64,000 bases of DNA from Clostridium sp. GTDB taxonomy: Bacteria > Bacillota > Clostridia > Clostridiales > Clostridiaceae. A program made the position numbers and the translations under genes. Below the pieces are notes generated by a model. The model had not been told where the DNA came from, searched no databases, and saw only the letters and a program-made list of their open reading frames with translations. Positions 58,927 to 64,000 of this stretch are shown one piece after another; the stretch's first letter is position 1; each line of letters opens with the position of its first letter. Where the stretch lies: positions 15,423 through 79,422 of the forward strand of contig JALENK010000009.1 of NCBI GenBank assembly GCA_022767515.1, read 5' to 3'.

Positions 58927-60060
58927 TTATATTATAGTCTGCTCTTCAACATTTTTTTGCCTTGAAATATTTAAAAGAATTCCCATCGCTGATAATGTAA
59001 TTAATAATGATGTTCCACCATAGCTAATAAAGGGCAAAGGCACTCCTGTAACTGGCATACTACCTGTTACAACAGCTATATTTATTATTGCTTGAAACGC
59101 TATTACACTAGTTATTCCAGTAGCCATTAATTTACCTAACATATCTTTTGCATCAAATGCTGTTTTAATACCTCTCCATATTAACAAAAGAAATAATAAT
59201 ATTATAACAAAACAACCTATAAATCCCAATTCTTCACCAATTATAGAAAATATAAAATCATTATGTGGCTCTGGCATATACATTGTCTTTTGCCTTGATT
59301 GCCCAAGTCCAAGACCTGAAAATCCACCTGCTCCAAGTGCATAAAATGATTGAACTAATTGATATCCCTCATCTGCTGCACTTTGAAAAGGGTCTGTAAA
59401 ATTCATTAATCTTTTCATTCTATATGGCTCTAAAACTGCAAGTGCTGCAATTCCTGCAAGTAAAACTGGAAAAACATATCCAAACAAATGCTTAATCTTA
59501 GCCCCAGCACAAAATAGCATTACAAATGCAACTGCCACTATTACTACTGTAATACTTAAATTCTTTTGAATAATTACAAGTAATGCATAAAAAAATGCAA
59601 AGCCAAGTGGTACTAAAACACCTTTTTTAAACTCCTTTATTTGTTCACCTTTTCCTGCAAGTATTACTGCTAAAAGTATAACTAAAACATATTTTGCAAG
59701 TTCTGATGGTTGAAATGATAGTGGTCCTAACATTATCCATCTTTGAGCTCCTTTTACTGCTGGAAAAACCTTAACTAAAAGTAATAATGGAGCTGTTACA
59801 AAATAAGCTATCCATGCAATTTTTTTTAACTTATGATAATCTATACTCATTGTTACAGCCATAGCTATAAGCCCCAAAACAGTAGCTAACAATTGCTTCT
59901 TTAAGTAACTTGTGCTACTTCCAGTTTCATTCATAGAATAATAAGAACTTGCTGAATATACCATGATTATCCCTACCGCTAGTAATACTAAAATTGTATA
60001 AAATAATATATAATCAATGCTTTTCATCTTAACCTTTTTTTTCTTTTTAGGATTAATCAT
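58927..60060 (-). CDS. ftsW: SEDS protein FtsW/SpoVE
   Basis: MVYSAS, GAQRWI, QPSELAK, YQLVQS, PEPHNDFIFSIIGEELG, GVPLPFISYGGTS. Confidence 0.92.
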   Translation of the reverse strand: MINPKKKKKVKMKSIDYILFYTILVLLAVGIIMVYSASSYYSMNETGSSTSYLKKQLLATVLGLIAMAVTMSIDYHKLKKIAWIAYFVTAPLLLLVKVFPAVKGAQRWIMLGPLSFQPSELAKYVLVILLAVILAGKGEQIKEFKKGVLVPLGFAFFYALLVIIQKNLSITVVIVAVAFVMLFCAGAKIKHLFGYVFPVLLAGIAALAVLEPYRMKRLMNFTDPFQSAADEGYQLVQSFYALGAGGFSGLGLGQSRQKTMYMPEPHNDFIFSIIGEELGFIGCFVIILLFLLLIWRGIKTAFDAKDMLGKLMATGITSVIAFQAIINIAVVTGSMPVTGVPLPFISYGGTSLLITLSAMGILLNISRQKNVEEQTII

Positions 60061-60152
60061 ACTTTAATTACTCCTCCAATACGCTTTACTAAACAATGTT
60101 TCTTTAATTATCATTTCCATAAAAAATTAATTTTATACATATATTCCTATTA

Positions 60153-61511
60153 TTATAACATTTTTAATTTTTCGACAATTTCTTCATACTTTATTCCTCT
60201 TGATGCTTTAACCAAAATCACATCATTTTCTTCTATATGATTAGAAATATCCTTTATTAATTCTTCCTTTGTTTCATATATAATAATGCTATCCTTACTA
60301 TAACCTTCTTTATATGCATCCTTATACGCACCAGTTACAACCAATAAATCAGCCTTATCCTTTGCATATGCTCCAACCTCTGTATGAGCCTTATTACTCT
60401 CTTCTCCAAGCTCATTCATAGTACCAAGAATAGCAACTTTTCTACCAATACTTGAATTATTAAGTACATCAAGTGCTGCCTTCATTGAATCTGGACTTGC
60501 ATTATAACAGTCATTTATTATAGTGAATTTATCATTCTTTATAAACTCAAGTCTCATAGACGTATTTTCAATATTTGCAAGCCCCTTTTTCATTTCCTCA
60601 ACATTCACTCCAAGTTCTAATGCTGCCCCTATTCCAAGCATTGCATTTAAAACATTGTGCTGACCTACCATATTTAATGTAAACTCTTGCTTAGCACCAT
60701 TTATATTTACAGAAAATATTGTTGTATCCTCAAAAAGCCTGATATCATAAGCTGTAAGTTCTGCTTCAGTATTAATTCCAGTCTTTACAACTTTATAATT
60801 CGAGCTACTTACCTTATTTAGATATTTATCCTCACTATTAACTATCAAAGTGTTTTTATCTGTAAAGAAATCTGTAATCTCCATTTTTGCTTTAAATATA
60901 TTATCCTGAGTTTTTAAATTTTCTATATGCGAAATACCTATATTAGTTATTAATGCAATATCTGGTCTTGCACAGTTAGCTAATGTATGTATTTCCATAA
61001 GATTGCTCATTCCAAGTTCTAATACAGCCACATCATATGAAGAATCTAACTGTAATATCATAAGAGGTAACCCAATATTATTATTAAAGTTTCCCTTTGT
61101 CTTAAATACCTTATATTTTTCGCTTAAAAGTGCTGCTGTAATATCCTTAGTTGATGTTTTTCCAGTTGAACCTGTAATTCCTATCACCTTAATTCCTAAT
61201 TTTTCTCTATAAAATTTAGCAAGTGATAATAGTGCCTTATTTCCATTTTTTACTTTAATTACAACGCCCATGTCTTTAATCTCTAAATAATTAAAAACAT
61301 CTTCATCAACAATCGCTATAGTAGCTCCTTTTTCAAAAGCTTGCTTAACATAATTATTACCATTAAAATTTTCTCCTTTTAATGCTAAAAATATATTTCC
61401 TTTTTGAATTTTTCTTGTATCAATAGATACCTCATTAAATTTCTTATTCGGAGAATCTTGTATTACTATACCATTTACTGCTTCTAATAATTCATCAAAA
61501 CTTATTTCCAA
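60153..61511 (-). CDS. murF: UDP-MurNAc-tripeptide--D-Ala-D-Ala ligase
   Basis: IDTRKI, GITGSTGKTSTKD, GNFNNNIGLP, NDCYNASPDSM, LVKASRG. Likely TTG start at 61511 after AGAGGTG. Confidence 0.95.
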   Translation of the reverse strand: MEISFDELLEAVNGIVIQDSPNKKFNEVSIDTRKIQKGNIFLALKGENFNGNNYVKQAFEKGATIAIVDEDVFNYLEIKDMGVVIKVKNGNKALLSLAKFYREKLGIKVIGITGSTGKTSTKDITAALLSEKYKVFKTKGNFNNNIGLPLMILQLDSSYDVAVLELGMSNLMEIHTLANCARPDIALITNIGISHIENLKTQDNIFKAKMEITDFFTDKNTLIVNSEDKYLNKVSSSNYKVVKTGINTEAELTAYDIRLFEDTTIFSVNINGAKQEFTLNMVGQHNVLNAMLGIGAALELGVNVEEMKKGLANIENTSMRLEFIKNDKFTIINDCYNASPDSMKAALDVLNNSSIGRKVAILGTMNELGEESNKAHTEVGAYAKDKADLLVVTGAYKDAYKEGYSKDSIIIYETKEELIKDISNHIEENDVILVKASRGIKYEEIVEKLKML

Positions 61512-61524
61512 ATCATACACCTCT

Positions 61525-62982
61525 TTATCTTTCACTCAAAATTTCTTCAATTACTTCTCTCTCATCAAAATGAATTTTATTTGTTCCAATTATTTGATAG
61601 TCTTCATGTCCCTTACCTGCAATTACAATAACATCTCCATCAGTTGCTATATCAATTGCTCTTTTTATTGCTTCCTTTCTATTTTCAATAACCTCATAAT
61701 TATCTTTTTTTACTCCTACAAGGATATCATTTATAATTGCCATAGGCTCTTCTGTTCTTGGATTATCAGATGTAATTATAGCAATATCTGATAACTCTGT
61801 ACCAATGCCACCCATTTGAGGTCTCTTAACCTTATCTCTATCTCCTCCACAGCCAAATACAGAAATTAATCTTCCTTTAGTAAATCCTTTAGCTGTTTTT
61901 AATATATTATCAAGACCATCTGGTGTATGCGCATAATCAAGTATTATTGTATATGGAAGATTATACTTCTTTCCTGCTCTCTCACATCTTCCTGGAACTA
62001 CAACCTCTAAAATACCTTTCTTAATACTTTCAAAGGATATTCCCATCTCCTTAGTAGCTGCTAAAGCACCAAGTGAATTGTATATGTTAAACTCTCCTGG
62101 AAGTCCTACTGTTATCTTTATCTCATTTGAATCAATATTTATATTATAACCTATATGATTACTTTCGCATACTTCATTATAGGCTTTATAGTCTCCAGCT
62201 TCTTTTATTGAATAACTTATTATATTGCTACTATTTTGCTCCTCAAGCTCTCTAATAGCACGTCTTCCGTATTCATCATCACTATTAATAATTTTAATTT
62301 TACTATTTTTAAACATTTTAAACTTTGCTTTATAGTAGTTTTCAAAGGTTTTATGAAAGTCTAAATGGTCTCTTGTTAAATTTGTAAAAATTCCAGCTTC
62401 AAATTCAATTCCATATACTCTATCAAGGGCTAATGAATGAGATGATACCTCCATTACACAATAAGTACATCCATTCTTTACCATTTCATTAAATAATTCT
62501 TGAAGTTCGAAGGATTCAGGTGTTGTTCTTTCTGTACTTAGCTTCTTAGAACCAATAAAATTTGCTATAGTCCCAATAAGACCAACTTTTTTACCTTCTT
62601 CTTCTAATATTCTTTTAATCATAAATGCTGTTGTGGTCTTTCCATTTGTTCCTGTAACTCCAATTATTTTCAATTTACTACTAGGATTGTCATAATAATT
62701 ACTTCCGATTATAGCCAAGGCTTTTCTTGTATCCTTTACCTTTATTACTGTTATATTCTCTAAATCTACATCAATATCATTTTCACATACTATAACGGTT
62801 GCTCCCTTATCTTTTGCTTGAGAAGCATATTTGTGTCCATCTGATGCAAAACCTTTTATGCATACAAATAAATCACCTTTTCCTACCTTTCTACTGTCAT
62901 AATTAACATTATTTATTTCAACATCAACACTGCCAGATAACACTGAATATTCTATATTTTCTAATAATCTTTCTAGCTTCAT
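61525..62982 (-). CDS. murE: UDP-MurNAc-dipeptide--meso-DAP ligase
   Basis: GVTGTNGKTT, MEVSSH, DHLDFH, DYAHTPD, DNPR (DAP specificity), AGKGHE. Confidence 0.96.
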   Translation of the reverse strand: MKLERLLENIEYSVLSGSVDVEINNVNYDSRKVGKGDLFVCIKGFASDGHKYASQAKDKGATVIVCENDIDVDLENITVIKVKDTRKALAIIGSNYYDNPSSKLKIIGVTGTNGKTTTAFMIKRILEEEGKKVGLIGTIANFIGSKKLSTERTTPESFELQELFNEMVKNGCTYCVMEVSSHSLALDRVYGIEFEAGIFTNLTRDHLDFHKTFENYYKAKFKMFKNSKIKIINSDDEYGRRAIRELEEQNSSNIISYSIKEAGDYKAYNEVCESNHIGYNINIDSNEIKITVGLPGEFNIYNSLGALAATKEMGISFESIKKGILEVVVPGRCERAGKKYNLPYTIILDYAHTPDGLDNILKTAKGFTKGRLISVFGCGGDRDKVKRPQMGGIGTELSDIAIITSDNPRTEEPMAIINDILVGVKKDNYEVIENRKEAIKRAIDIATDGDVIVIAGKGHEDYQIIGTNKIHFDEREVIEEILSER

Positions 62983-62993
62983 ATTAATTCCTC

Positions 62994-64000
62994 CTAATCT
63001 TTCTGATCTGACTTTTCTAATTTTAAAGTTAAAGTTGTACCAGTTGTAATAAGTTCACCACTTGGTACACTCTGCTTAGATACTGTTCCTTCACCAACTA
63101 TAGTATACTTTATACCTAAAGAATCTAATATTTTTTTAGCATTCTCAATAGGATATCCTAACATGGATGGCATTATTACACCATCTGTTTTTTCTTTATC
63201 AGTAGAAAGAGTTATCTTAGTTCCCTCTTTTACTGTATATCCTGGATAAGGCTTGCTACTAGTAACTACTTCACCACTTCCTTCTATATCACATAAAATA
63301 TTATTATCCCTTAATACATTTTGAGCTTCAGTAACGCTTAATCCTCTTACATCTGGAATAATCACATTCTTTACTATAGCCTTATTATCTCCAAATTTGC
63401 TCTCATAATAATTAAATATCTGTTCAAACATTACCTTTGCAGTTGGCACAGCTACCTGACTTGCATAATAATATTCTCCACCCGGCTCATCCACTGTTAC
63501 TAATAATGTTAATTGAGGATTATCTACGGGTACCATTCCCGCAAAAGATGAAATATATTTTCCTTGACCATAAACACCATTTATTACCTTTTGTGCTGTT
63601 CCTGTTTTTCCACCGATTCTATAACCTTCAATAAATGTAGCTCCTGCTGAACCATTAGTTACTACCTTTTCTAAATACTCTCTAAGCTGTGCTGTATTTT
63701 TTTCAGTAGCTACTGTTCTTTTATCCGCATTGAAGTTTTCATCTACAATCTCAACTCCATCCTCATCTTTATGAGCTATTTCTTTCATAACATGGGGTTG
63801 AATCCAAGTGCCTCCATTTGCCATTGCATTATATGCTGCCATATACTGTACGGAATTAACTGTATTTGTTTGACCAAAAGCAATTGTTGCTAGGTCAACA
63901 ACCGACATATTATCTGGAATTTTCACAATACCCGCAGACTCTCCCGGCAAATCAATATTACAATTTTCTCCAAATCCAAGCTTTTTAATTGATTCATATA
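62994..64000 (-). CDS. spoVD: SpoVD/FtsI class B penicillin-binding protein with PASTA domains, partial (5' end outside the window)
   Basis: IDLPGES, AFGQ, ANGG, GGKTGTAQK, two PASTA repeats. Lies upstream of murE. Confidence 0.85.
   Translation of the reverse strand, partial: YESIKKLGFGENCNIDLPGESAGIVKIPDNMSVVDLATIAFGQTNTVNSVQYMAAYNAMANGGTWIQPHVMKEIAHKDEDGVEIVDENFNADKRTVATEKNTAQLREYLEKVVTNGSAGATFIEGYRIGGKTGTAQKVINGVYGQGKYISSFAGMVPVDNPQLTLLVTVDEPGGEYYYASQVAVPTAKVMFEQIFNYYESKFGDNKAIVKNVIIPDVRGLSVTEAQNVLRDNNILCDIEGSGEVVTSSKPYPGYTVKEGTKITLSTDKEKTDGVIMPSMLGYPIENAKKILDSLGIKYTIVGEGTVSKQSVPSGELITTGTTLTLKLEKSDQKD

Noticed and set aside
3884-63634. Remaining short opposite-strand ORFs in the track (e.g. 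7666, 9718, 10477, 12510, 21293, 24346, 24893, 31906, 42094, 46026, 54267)
   Set aside because: All lie antisense to well-supported genes and lack recognisable motifs.
1-64000. Mobile elements, prophage, tRNA/rRNA, CRISPR arrays
   Set aside because: No transposase, integrase or phage structural motifs, no cloverleaf or rRNA-like GC-rich tracts, and no regularly spaced repeats were found by eye.

Overview
AT-rich chromosomal segment of a spore-forming Clostridium (sensu stricto-like), with nearly all genes on the minus strand. Core blocks are the dcw/cell-division cluster (spoVD-murE-murF-ftsW-ftsQ...sepF-ylmH-divIVA), rluD-pyrR, rqcH, a ComG/type IV pilus locus, efp, spoIIIAA-AH, and nusB-folD-xseAB-ispA-dxs-tlyA-nadK-argR-recN. 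Four accessory modules stand out. (1) A SCIFF/ranthipeptide precursor (missed by the ORF track) and radical SAM maturase, translationally coupled to an M16 peptidase. (2) A sulfate uptake/activation operon using an AprAB-type APS reductase, damaged by two apparent deletions (the cysA/aprA junction and an internal cysN deletion). (3) A LexA-box-preceded radical SAM/TIGR03915-type DNA repair pair. (4) A compact cobalamin riboswitch controlling an ECF transporter plus two DUF4430 surface proteins, one of which may be a wall-anchored, domain-swapped transcobalamin/intrinsic-factor-like B12 capture protein. No rRNA, tRNA, CRISPR array, transposase or integrase was seen. All family assignments come from motif recognition by eye, not database searches.
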